This document shows positions 50,174 to 64,000 of a stretch of 64,000 bases of DNA, in pieces. Under the pieces are notes generated by a model, which ran no database searches, was not told where the DNA came from, and was given only the letters and a program-made list of their open reading frames with translations. The stretch is taken from NCBI RefSeq assembly GCF_009914755.1, contig NC_060933.1; one strand, 5' to 3'. The position numbers were made by a program, and so were the translations under genes. Source of the DNA: the human T2T-CHM13v2.0 reference genome, Homo sapiens. Each line of letters opens with the position of its first letter. The first letter of the stretch is position 1.

Positions 50174-51307
50174 TAAAACAAGGGCTTTGAAATTACTTTG
50201 ATTTTAAAAATAATTCTTGCTTGTTCTTAAATCGTACCAATACAAAATTAGAATGTCAGTTCTTGAAAATTAGAAAACTTAAATTAAAATTTTAAATGTA
50301 AATTACTCAGAAATAGCCTGGATGGAACCACTGGGTGACCTCTGTTTTTCCCATGCATAAAAACATGACTAACTTTTGTATTTAAAAAATAGGTTTCATT
50401 CTGTACTAGTGTTTTGAAATCTGCTTTTTCTTCATAACAGTATCTCACAGACCCTTTTCTATGCCCGTGGGCACCCATGTATTTCACCATACTGAGCAGC
50501 TCCCCACTTGTTGACCTAGGACTCCCATAACTGTATTAAAGTAAAGCCCTCTTGACAACAGTGTAGGTTGTTGAAATTGCCTTGTTCTCTCTAAAGCACT
50601 GTATAGACAAAACAAGATCTTAAAAGAAACACACAGACCCAAATTCTTCCTTTGAAGTTCTGTACTGCTTATTTAAAAGGGATTTGCATTCCTAATTTAA
50701 GCCTTAAATAATTATCTGTAAAACCTCTGGAAATTATAAAAGTATAAAGAAGCCAAAACAACAATTACATCACTCACATGATCCTGCTCTCTCTAAGGCC
50801 ATTCTTAACTCATGGCATACTTCCCCCAGGGCCTTTTCCTATGCGTTTTAAATTTTGAGATCATACGGTATAGTTTTGGTTATAATTTCTAATTTCTAAT
50901 TTCTATAATTCTATAATTTCTAATGCATGTAAGTGATATATTTAACCATATATCATCTCCTAAGCATTTCCTCAGGTTATAAAAAATTATTTGTGGGTCT
51001 CATCTTTAACAAATGCCTAACATTCCATCAAACAGACATACCATGTTTACTCAGCCAATCCCTATTATTAGTCAGTTCTGTTTTTCCAATTTCTTGTGAT
51101 TATAAAAAAGGCTGAGATGTTCATCTTGATCTTCATTTAAGGTTCTTAGAAAGAGGCCTTCTTTGAAGTGGCTGAGTGACTGTTACTGGGAGGAGAGCTC
51201 TCCTATAGGGATATGACCTGGGGCTGAAGGCCTCCTGAAAAGTACCTTCCTGGGGGCAGCTCTCTGGATGTCTTTCTAGACAGCCACCATCAGCCTGAGA
51301 GTGCTAG

Positions 51308-51550
<243 letters not shown>

Positions 51551-53682
51551 TAGGTCCTGTTGTCCATGCCTCACCCCCATGCACTAGGGTACCTGAGCCT
51601 TCAAAAACTCAAAAAGAGCCAGCACAAGATGAGTAGCCTGTAGGAATGAAGTCTCAAGTACCACCCCTAAAGCAGGGAGGCTAATACCTACCTTGCAGGA
51701 TGGTTTGCTTCTCTCGCCCCCATTCCCCCACTCCCACAATCATTATTGATTAAGTGCCTAGGACCAGGCACTGGGTATGGGGATCCCACCCTTATGAAAC
51801 TTGAGACCTCGAAAGTAAATAAATAAGCACATCCCCCCAATGGCAGAAAAGCTCTGATTAAGGGGATGGGGCTATGGGACAGGGGTCAGGAAAGCTCTCT
51901 GAGGAGGAGGATCAGCTGAAACCAGAGGGTGCAGTATGGGGACAAGGCTCTGAGAAAGGTGGTCTTGGCCCCCTCCTGAAGGCTGAAGGTAAATGGACCC
52001 TGAGAGAGGGCAGGAGATGAGGCTGGGAGCAGCCTTTCAGGCCACAGTCAGTATTTTGAACTTTACTGCAGTGAGCAGCTGATTTGCATTTTTGAAGTCC
52101 CTCAGGCAGCTCTGTGCAGAATGTGGGGGGCTTCAAGAAGAGGCAGGAAGGCCAGGGCACAGGACACTGCAGTTGTCCTTGTAACCTTGTTGGTGGCTGT
52201 GAGAGGGAAAGTAGCTGTGGGCCTCGGGTGTCTCTTGGAGGCAGAACCCATGAGACCTAGTGATGAATTGGAGGGGAGGAGAGAGCTCCTGAGAGCCCTT
52301 GGTCTCTGGCCTGAGTGCTGGGTGAACAGCAGAAATGTATTTTCCTCAGATGAGAGCAGGCGGGGTCAGGCATGGAGATCAGGAGTTTCTTGTGAACTTC
52401 CAAATTCAGAAGTTCCTAAGCATGCCATTTCAGTTCGCTGAGCTCTGACTGTCAGCTATGGGGAAAAGGAAGAAACAGATCTTCCCAGGGTTCTTGAGAG
52501 AATGGAGCAGGCGCGGTGCTCCCCTTAGGCACTTTGAGTTCTACACAAGCCATAAACCCTTGCTGGGCCTGGGACTCTGAGATAGAAAGCAGGCCTCCGC
52601 TGCCTGTCTTGGTTGTTCCTTTCACCCTCTTTGGGGCAGGGACAGACCCCTTGCTGAGTATAGTTCTCTGCCCTGACCTGGCCTTTGAATTTTCCCAGGA
52701 AAGCCACCCCCAAAACTCCTGACCCTCATGCTCTGAACTCCCAACAGATAGAAAAATCCACTGGCCCACCCAAGCCCAGACTCGAGGTCAGTGTTCTCTA
52801 GCCCATATCACCCTGCCTGATGCCCCAGGTGGGCATCCAGGGTTACAGGCAGCCTGATGTCCCAGGTGGGAATCTAGAGGAACTACCCATAGGGCCCAGC
52901 TCCCTCTAGACACTCTGCAGGGCTAGCAGAGGCCAGACTGGGCTGAACACATGAGTGGCAGAGCCAGGGCACCCTGTCTCCCTCAGGCGTCAAAGCAAAG
53001 GGTGCAGGTGTTTGAAGATTCGGCCAGCCAAGGCCAGTCCACCTATGTGCTCATCACCCAGGGCAGACTCCTGGGTGGGTGGATACCAGCCCAGGCCAGG
53101 GGGTAAATCACCACTGGTATAAACCAAGCCCCAAGTCCCTGGAGCAAGTGACCAAGAAGCTGGAGTTGACAGCAGGTGTCATCATCTCAGCTCCTACAGG
53201 GCTGCCTTGGTCCAGGGGCATTTAGAATGACAAGGTCTGAAAGACCTGTCTCTAGAAGATTGGCCTGGGCCCCATCAGCTGCAGCCCAGGCCCAGCAGCT
53301 TCCTCCCTGCTAGGTCTGCATGAGGGCTAAATGAGAAGTTGACTGGAAAGTATTGGACATATGGGGCGCCCAAGGAATAGCAGCGGTTGCTGGGAGCTGC
53401 GGGATTTCTATGGTGCTTGCCCCATGGACAGGGCATTCACAGATGCCAGTTCCAAAGCTGATGTCACGTCCACCCTGCTGGTCCTCCCTGTTGAAATAGT
53501 TCCTCCTGAAACCCCAGCTCTCTCCTCCCTCACCCAAATTCCATGGGCCTTAGTGTCACAAGGATTGATCTTGGAGTCTCCTCTCTGTTGCATTCTGTGG
53601 TTCCTATAAGCCCCATCCGCCTTTCTGGAAAATGAGGTTACCTCAAGTACGTCATAGGATGGGCTGCTGAAGGAGCAAATGA

Positions 53683-54294
<612 letters not shown>

Positions 54295-55160
54295 TGAGCA
54301 TCTCAGCCAAGAGTCCTCCCCTGTGCAGAGAGCTGGGGGAGGAGGGGAGCCGCCTGCATGGAGGGCAGTTACTGATGCAAAACAGGTGATTAAAGGATGC
54401 CACTCGTTTTCTTGCAGGTTCCCAACAGTATTTCTCATCTGCATTTTCTTCCTTCCTACTGCATTGTCCTAGTTTGACCTTATCCTAATATAGAAACCTT
54501 TTTTCTTTATGATTAAAAAAGTAATACACGCTCACTGAAGAAAAACAAAGGAAGGAGAAAAAGAGAAAGTAAAACCTTCCCCTTCACCATGACACCTGTT
54601 CTTCTCCAAAGAGAGTCACCAGCCCCCACCCCAACCCACCCCCGGTTAACCCACGTGGCATCCGGCTTTCCACCTGGATAAAGGGGACAGCAGAGCATAT
54701 GGCAGGAGCACAGACCTGGAAGCAAGTGGCCCAGATCCCTGCTCAGCTGCTGGCCAACTTGGTTCTACAACCCCCCATGACTGAGTTTCCTCACATGTGA
54801 AACGAGGCTAGGAATGGAAGCCACCTCTTGGCCTCAGCATGAAGACTAGCTGAGTTTGAACAATACCTACTATGCAGGAAGTGCTATGGAAGGAAGTGTT
54901 GGCAGTTATCATTTCTATATGTATTTGCTTCCATAGAACTTTTTTTAAAAAAACATTCTGTGCATACTATTTTGGAACTTTTTCAGCTCTTAACTGTATA
55001 TCTGAGGCCTCGGTCCCTCTAGCACTCATGAATCACTGTCATCTTTTCTCTTTTTCCTTAAGCCTCTGCCACCCTGACCTGGCTCTGGGGTCTACCTTCT
55101 GAGCCAGGCCTCAGTGTGCAGGGGCTGTCTGCCTGTGCTGCCTTTTCCTGAGAGCTCTGA

Positions 55161-55424
<264 letters not shown>

Positions 55425-56318
55425 TAGACGACATGGAACCCTCTCTGAGTGCCTGAGTGGCTTGTTATGAGTGTTTGTGGGCACAGGTCCCCATAGTTCT
55501 TGGAAAAGCCCTACAGGTCATGTGCTGTTGTTACCCCTTTTGCAGTGAGGCCCAGAGAGTCTCACCTGACTTGGTGCATAAGGGCCCAAGTCAGAACTTC
55601 CCTCCAGGTCTGACACCAAAGCCTAGCCTTCGGCCTCCCTGCTCAGTCCTTCTGATGAAGGGCAGAATGGCACACCCCTTGCTGATAGCCCAGCTCTGCT
55701 GGGCTCTTATGGACTGCCCCCCATTCAGCTCTCATTCCTCTCCAGAGACCTCATCTCTACACACACTGGTGTCTGGAATGTTCCCTAAACGAGACCAGCC
55801 TTTGCCCTTCTGGATTGCCCTGAGCCCCAGATTTCCATTTGTCCCCTTCTCCCTGAGTCTTTTCTGACCTGTGTTGTCCTGCCTTGGATTCCTGGAGCTG
55901 GCTCTGTGCCCAAAGCACCAAGAACAGGCTCTCCAGCCGTGTTTCTTCATACGTCCCAACTAGATGCCAGGTCTGCTTTCACCCTTGAGCTCTGTGGCTT
56001 TGGTGAAGCCATCTACCTGAGCCTCAGTTTCCTCATCTGAAGTAAACCTGGCATTCTTTCATTTGGCCACGTCTTTAATGAATATTTGTTGAGGGCCAAC
56101 CGTAGGCTAGGCCCGATGTCAGCAGCCAATTCAAAGACTGTGATGAGGATCAAATGAGCCAAGAAGGAGGGCTCAGCGCAGAGCGTGTGGCGTGGTTGTG
56201 AGCTGAGTAGTGAGCCTCAACTCGTTAGGTCTAGGCAATGATCATCATTTTTGAGATAGAACCATGCCTGGCACTTCCCCCATGACAGGGAAGGCTCCCT
56301 CCTTCCCAGGGGTGCTGA

Positions 56319-56549
<231 letters not shown>

Positions 56550-56576
56550 TAGCCTGACCCAAACTTCTCTGCATAG

Positions 56577-56738
<162 letters not shown>

Positions 56739-56809
56739 TAGGCATCCTTCTGTTTCCTTTTAGTTCTCCAGGAAGTGAGCCACTAAGTATGGTGCCTTGT
56801 CATTTCTAG

Positions 56810-57103
<294 letters not shown>

Positions 57104-57824
57104 TAGAGATCTTTCTAAAGTACATTTCATATTTCCCTGACATCTTGAACCAGGCACACCTAATATAGGGCTATCGTCTGGAGCGCTGATGATGTTAATG
57201 AGCACCTACTAGGTCATGTCTCAGCAACTGTGTGCAATGCAATAGGCGCTACACTATGGAGTCATCGGGGGGCTACGGTGGTCTCAGGGTGGTTTCCACC
57301 TTCATGAGTGATCTGCTCTGCCTGCTATGTCTGGCTTTTCTGCCTCTTCTTGCCTCTCTTCCTACCAGTGGTCTGTGCCCATTGCTGAGCCTGCCTCTTG
57401 GCTCTGTCCCCACTGCTTTCCCCTGTCCATGCCCCTAGCACCCCTCCCCACAGCTGCTTTCCTTGGGGTGGAAAACACAAAATTCAAGGTTGTTCATGAT
57501 GTCTCCAAGGTCAGAGCAAAGTCTAACTCCTCTGCTGCTAGAGAGGACTCCTCTTTTGGCTGCCCAAAGGCACACTGTGGGTTTCCTGGTCTTGTGCAGT
57601 GAGCTGAGCTTGCTGGAAAAGGGGCCTCCTGGCAGCACAGTAGGCTGAAAAGAGGACAGTGTTCTGAATCACAGATGGGTCCAGCCCATGTCAGCTCCAT
57701 GGCGACCCAGATAAAGCACAGGCAAGGAGTGAGCACAGGCCTTTTCCACTGCCCAGATGTGGAAGCTTCTGAAATGACTCAGCCCCTGAGCCTGGAGCTT
57801 GCTGCGTCGTTAAATGAAGATAAT

Positions 57825-57977
57825 ATAGATGTTCCTCCACTTACGATAGGGTCACATCCCAGTATACTCATCATAAGTAGAAAATGTAGAAAGTCAAAAA
57901 TGCATTTAACACCTTCATAAACCCATCATAAAGTTGAAAAATCATGTCAAGCCATCGTAAGTCGGGGACTGCCTGTA
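57825..57977. mobile_element. Short Tigger-type (MER47-like) DNA transposon MITE
   Basis: Imperfect terminal inverted repeats (gatgttcctccacttacgat...atcgtaagtcggggactgcctg) with TA flanks; related to 62825-63240. Confidence 0.6.
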
Positions 57978-59017
57978 ATACCTGTCAGGACTTGTTGGGA
58001 GGATAATAAAAGAGGGTCCAGCTGTGGTAGCTGTCTTCTGAGATCAGCGAGGGCTCCTAAGTTGTGCACATTTTATCCAATAGAAGAGTCAAGGATTTCA
58101 GTGTCCCGGATGTGTTTCACTGCTTCCCTTCCTTGTGCTTCTACTCATTATTACAACTTGCATTTGCTACTTGTTCTACCTGCATTTTTCTCATTTATTT
58201 TCACAAAATCCCTATGCTATAAATAGCATGAACCCCATCTTACGGCTGTGGATCTGTAGGTTGAGGAAATACTTGCCAGTGCCACCCAGCTAGGAAGTAC
58301 AGCTAAATCAAGCCTCAGGCTCCACTGAAAAGCATTACTGGAATTTCTAGTCTCTGAGCTTGGCAGGGTTCTCACCCACTGCCCCAGCATACTGCCACCT
58401 CCCTGGAGGGCTTTGGGAAATGTATGGAGGCATTTGGGGCCAGGGAGGATGGGGGAAGTTACTCTCATCTAAGCAGGGGCAAGTATGCTAAAGGGCAAAA
58501 CAGTGCCATGCAATGGAGGATCATCCCACGCCCATGCCAGGGGTGCCCAGGTGAGAAGCCATGGGAGGACTGCTGAAGAATGTTCTAGCTCTGGCCTCAT
58601 TTTGCCATTGGGTCTCGGTTCTCCTAACAACCATATGTGGCTCGTCCCTGATGGCACGAGCACTCTGCTTTTGGAAGAAATTTATAAAAAAGAGTAAACA
58701 CTTAGAGCTCACTGAGTGCCTGCCTCCTTTCACCTTCTTTAACAAACCATCTGAAGTGACCTTGGAGCTGAGCTGAAGCTCATGCAGTCAGGGTCTGTGG
58801 TTAAGCCTTCAAGGAAGACCCTTGTCCATGGCTACTCAGTGCCAGGAAGCTTCATCGAGTGCCCACTGACCCCTCAGTCCCCTTCAGGCCCTGCAACCAC
58901 CCCACTTGGCCCTCACCCTGCACCTCCCCTCTCCAGCCTCCCACTGCTCCTCTCTAACTGAGCCTTGCCCTGACCCGAGAGAGACCCTGCCCTGTCTAGA
59001 GCCCTGCCCATCTGTGA

Positions 59018-59242
<225 letters not shown>

Positions 59243-60326
59243 TAGGGGCGGCATTCTCCCTCACTTTTTGCCATTACTTAAAAATGCTGCTGTTTCTCTC
59301 TGCTCTTTTTAAAGTTAGAAATAGATAAAGGTATAAAGAATAAATTAAAAATCACCACTAATCTCTCCCCACAGTGAGAAGCACAGCAAATATTTTGGTA
59401 TATTTTCTCCCAGGCTCTTTTAGATCCATAGAGTATATGCAGTTTCATATTTTATTCATGAACCTTGCTTCATGACCATTCTCTGAGCTCCATACAGCTG
59501 GAAAACATTCATCCAATTATCTGTATAATTTCCACTCTTTATTATCACTCATAACCCTGTGGACACTGGGCCTGAACAAGTGGACATCCTTCAGGCAAAC
59601 ACTTCCCAACTCTTGGGGAGCGTGTTTCCTCCCTCCCATGGGAGGAGGTGTGAAGAGAGGTCCCTTGTCCATGCTTCTTCTGCCAAGTGTCACTTTTGCT
59701 GTGGATGAAGGAAAAGTGTACCAAGGCCTACCTCCATCTTGCCTTTCCATGTGACCTTGACCAAGCCCTTGAACATTCGGAATCTGTCTCTTCCTATGCA
59801 AAACAGGCATCCTAATGGACCTGTGACAGAGTTTCAGTGATCCAACCAGATACTGCATGGAAAGTGCCTATCTGGGCCTGGCACCTGGAAGCTGTTATAA
59901 ATGCCAAACATCATCAACAGTGATAGCAATGGCTGCCGTTTACTGGGCATTTCCCATGAGCCAAGCACAGTGCTAGGGGGCTTGCTTGCATCATTTTACT
60001 GAGTGCCCACAAGTGCCAACGAGAAAGGCACTATCATGAGTTCCATTTTACAGAAGAAGAAACTGAGGTTCAGAGTAGGAGAAGGACTTGACCAAAGTTA
60101 CAGAGCAGGCAGGCGGTGGTCAGGACCCCATCAAATCTGAGCCTGCTGGTCTCATGCTGTTGGTGCCAGAGCTCCATTGACCTGACGATCCCTCCATTCT
60201 TTCCTCCATTCCTCTGTCCCCGCTTTCTCCCACCCACCCTCTGTCCCTCCTTTCTTTAGGGTCCTAGAGAAGAGGCAAAGTCTGGGGAGGAAGGGGCTGG
60301 GGGTGGTGTTAGGGAAGGAGTGCTGA

Positions 60327-60785
<459 letters not shown>

Positions 60786-61114
60786 TGAGGAAGGAGCAGG
60801 CACAGATCAGAGCACGCAGGAACTGTGGCCAGGTGGAGGGATTTGGACCTTTTTCTGAGGGCACTGGGGAGCAGAGTGGCTCCATGAGCTTTGCAGTTTG
60901 GAGGTATGTGTCAGAGGCATCTGACACTGGAGGCTGGAGGCACCTGTCGGAGGCTGTGGACACTCTCCTCAGATGTGGGTCCAACCAGCCCTGATTTCAG
61001 TTTCATAAGAAAGCTATTCAGTGGGGTGCCCACTGAGTGTTCTAGATCCAGCTGGCCAGCCCAGGGCCAGAGAGCTGGGAGTTGGCCTGCTTAGTCTGAA
61101 GGTGAGGTGAGGGG

Positions 61115-61635
61115 AAGAAGCACATTAGGAAAAATAGCTAATGCATGCTGGGCTTAATACCTAGGTGATGGGTTAATAGGTACAGCAAATCACCATGGCA
61201 CACATTACCTATGTAACAAACCTGCACATCCTGCACATGTACCCTGGAACTTAAAATAAAAATAAAAATTTAAAAAAGAATTTGGTGTCCTTTTTTTAAC
61301 TTTTATTTTAGATTCAGGGGTACATGTGCAGGTTTGTTATATAGGTAAATCACGTGTTGTGGGGTTTTGGTGTACAGATTATTCTGTCACCCAGGTAATA
61401 AGCATAGTACAAGATAGGTAGTTTCTCCATCCTCTCCCTCCTTCCACCCTCCACCCTCAAGTAGGCCCCAGTGTCTGTTTTCTTCTTTATGCCCATATGT
61501 ATTCAAAGTTTAGCTCCCACTTGTGAGAAGCTGTGGTATTTGGTTTCCTGTTCCTGTGTTAGTTCATGTAGGATAACGGCCTCCAGCTCCATCCATGCTG
61601 CTGCGAAGGCCATGATCTCATTCTTTTTTTATGAC
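61115..61635. mobile_element. Two L1P 3' ends, tail-to-tail (+ 61115-61280; - 61290-61635)
   Basis: aacaaacctgcacatcctgcacatgtaccc...A-rich tail, followed by T-rich ...gggtacatgtgcaggtttgtta. Confidence 0.8.
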
Positions 61636-61983
61636 ACTATTTTTAATGACTTCAGAAGAGGATTTGCTGTACTTAGTTTTCTACTGTTGATGTGAAGGTT
61701 TTTAAATCATCATGTGTGTTTATGAACAGCATTGTTAAGTGAACATCTTAATACATAAACTTTATGTGCATTCTATAATGCCATCTCAGATTAAGTCCCA
61801 GAAGGAGGCTTCCTTGGTCAAGGGATGTGAACAGTTTGTTTTTTCCCCTGGAAAAATTATGTTCTTTTCTTATCTAAGTAACAAATTCGTTACTTAGAAT
61901 TTGTTAATTAAAAGACCTTTCAGCCATGTCATGTTTTGGCACCAGGAAATCCCCAGCAGTTCCCTTTGTTCTTCAGTGTTTAA

Positions 61984-62169
<186 letters not shown>

Positions 62170-62824
62170 TGACGTCTGCAGGACTCCACCTGCATTTCTC
62201 CAGAACTGTTTAAGCAGTTGCTTTGCTGAAGCTCAGCCAAATGAGTGGCGCCGCCATCATGGGGAGGAGGGATGGGGGTGTGGCAGGAAAAGTGAGCTCT
62301 GAGGGCTCAAAAGGCCCCCCTCCCTTCTAAGGCCTCCCCTCCTCAGTGCCCAGCCTGCAGCTACACTAGCCGCACCCTATGACCCCTGACCCCTGACCCA
62401 AGCATGGAGACAGAGAGATGGCTCTGATACCCTCTTTGAGGAAGGCTCAGAGGCATGCCCCAAGAGTGTGAGGTGGAGCACATAGTATTGATGCCCAGCT
62501 CTGCTCCTCCCAGGCTGTGTGACCTTGGGAAAATCAGGGCCTCTGGTAGCCTCAATGTCCTCCTCTGTAAAATAGGGATGGCAAGAGGAGTAATAATGGT
62601 CCCTACTTGTGGGGTGGATGTCCAGTGGTAGTCCAGTGCCTGGCTTACACAGAGAATCCTCAATCACAAATGGTGATGTTTCAAAATGCTCTATAATAAG
62701 GGCAGTCAGGCTGTAGCGTGTGTGCTGACTGCTGGTTTTGGAACTAAGTGTTGTTAGACCCCCAACTGCCTCGTTTGTTGATGTATTGTGTGGCTGTTTT
62801 CACTGTAAATGGCAGAGATGAAAG

Positions 62825-63240
62825 CAGATAGCCCCTGACTTAGGATGGTTCAACTTGGGACTTTTCGACTTCATGGTAGTGTGAAAGTGATACACATTCA
62901 GCAGAAACTGTACTTCAGATTTTGAATTTTGCTCTTTTTCTGGGGGCTGTGGTGCCTGGATACGTGGTGTGATACTCCCTGGCAATGCTGGGCAACGGTG
63001 ACAAGCTGCAGCTCCCAGTCAGCCCCCCAAGATCATGAGGGTAAACAAGTGTACTCTGTTGCCAGATGATTTTGCCGAACTGTAGGCTAATGTATGTTTT
63101 CTGAGCACATTTAAGGTAGACTAGGCTAAGCCATGATGTTTGGTAGGTTAGGTATATTAAATGCATTTTCAACTGAAGATATTTTCAGCTTATGGTGGAT
63201 TTATTGGGACATAACCCCATTGTAAATAAAGGAACATCTG
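62825..63240. mobile_element. MER47/Tigger5-type DNA transposon
   Basis: cagatagcccctgacttaggatggtt...ccattgtaaataaaggaacatctg followed by TA. Confidence 0.7.
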
Positions 63241-64000
63241 TAGTTACAACTGAGACTGTATGAGGTTTGCCACGACTTGCTCTAGAAGATATGTAAAAAG
63301 TTTTTCATCTCCTTAGAGGATAACAACAATCTAGTGAGGTCAGTGGTGTCATTGTCCTCTTGTAGTAAGAGAAGGGTTTAGTGGCACAGAGAGGTGAAGT
63401 ATCCTGCCCAAGGTCACACAGCCAATGAAGTGTCACAGCTAGACTTAGCCTGGGTACTTTGGCTAGTAGTACCTGCCATTGCTTCTAGGGCTCTCAGGTT
63501 TATAATACTAAGAGTGTTTCTGTATGAGCCACAGGACCCTAAATAATAGCAATGGCTGCCATTCATTCAGTGCCTCCTACAGACAGGCATTGTGCTGGGC
63601 CCTGGCATTCAGTAGCTGGCTCTGCCCTCCGGCACTTCCAGTCCAGAGCAGAAGTCAGAGCAAGTGGAGAATGAACAGGTCCCCAGCCATGGGAGCCACA
63701 GTTAGGGACACAGCTGGTTCAGGATCGTGGAAACATTGACAAGGAAGTATCAAGGAAGTGGTTGAGAACTGCAAGGGAGGTAAGAGTCAGCCAGGCCAAG
63801 AGGGAGGAGGCATTCCAAGCAGGGATACAGTGTACAGGGCCCCGGAGGCAAGACAGGGCTGGGGCCTTTGGAAACAGGGAGGGGAGGCTGGAAGATGCAA
63901 AGCAGCTGGACTCTGCTGGCCACGTGGGCTGCATGTGGAAGTCTGGGCTTTATCCTGAGGGCAGTGGGAACTCAGTGGAAGGTTCTGAGCTGGGGGTGAT

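Overview
Repeat-rich primate DNA. A human-specific AluYb8 indicates human, and I recognise it from memory (not a search) as the chr9q22 STRA6LP-CCDC180 locus. On the + strand I reconstructed 12 exons (18461-37669) encoding the C-terminal ~455 aa of STRA6L/RBPR2, the STRA6-like retinol-binding-protein receptor. Its 5' exons are absent from the window. All splice sites are canonical GT-AG, and the only coding lesion I find is a 1-nt deletion at ~33348-33352. After an L1/ERVL block, a CpG-rich promoter with RFX X-box-like motifs (~49150-50100) precedes the first 11 reconstructed exons of CCDC180 (49681-62164; the gene continues past the window). Key observation: the frameshift brings a formerly out-of-frame ATG (33305) into the downstream STRA6L frame. 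From there, exon phases allow either a 220-aa C-terminal STRA6L fragment or a stop-free STRA6L-CCDC180 fusion that adds 183-223 aa, including hydrophobic helices, to CCDC180. The first ~17 kb is Alu/L1/LTR debris with abrupt junctions that may mark where the gene was split. Repeat boundaries are approximate and family calls come from remembered consensus sequences.
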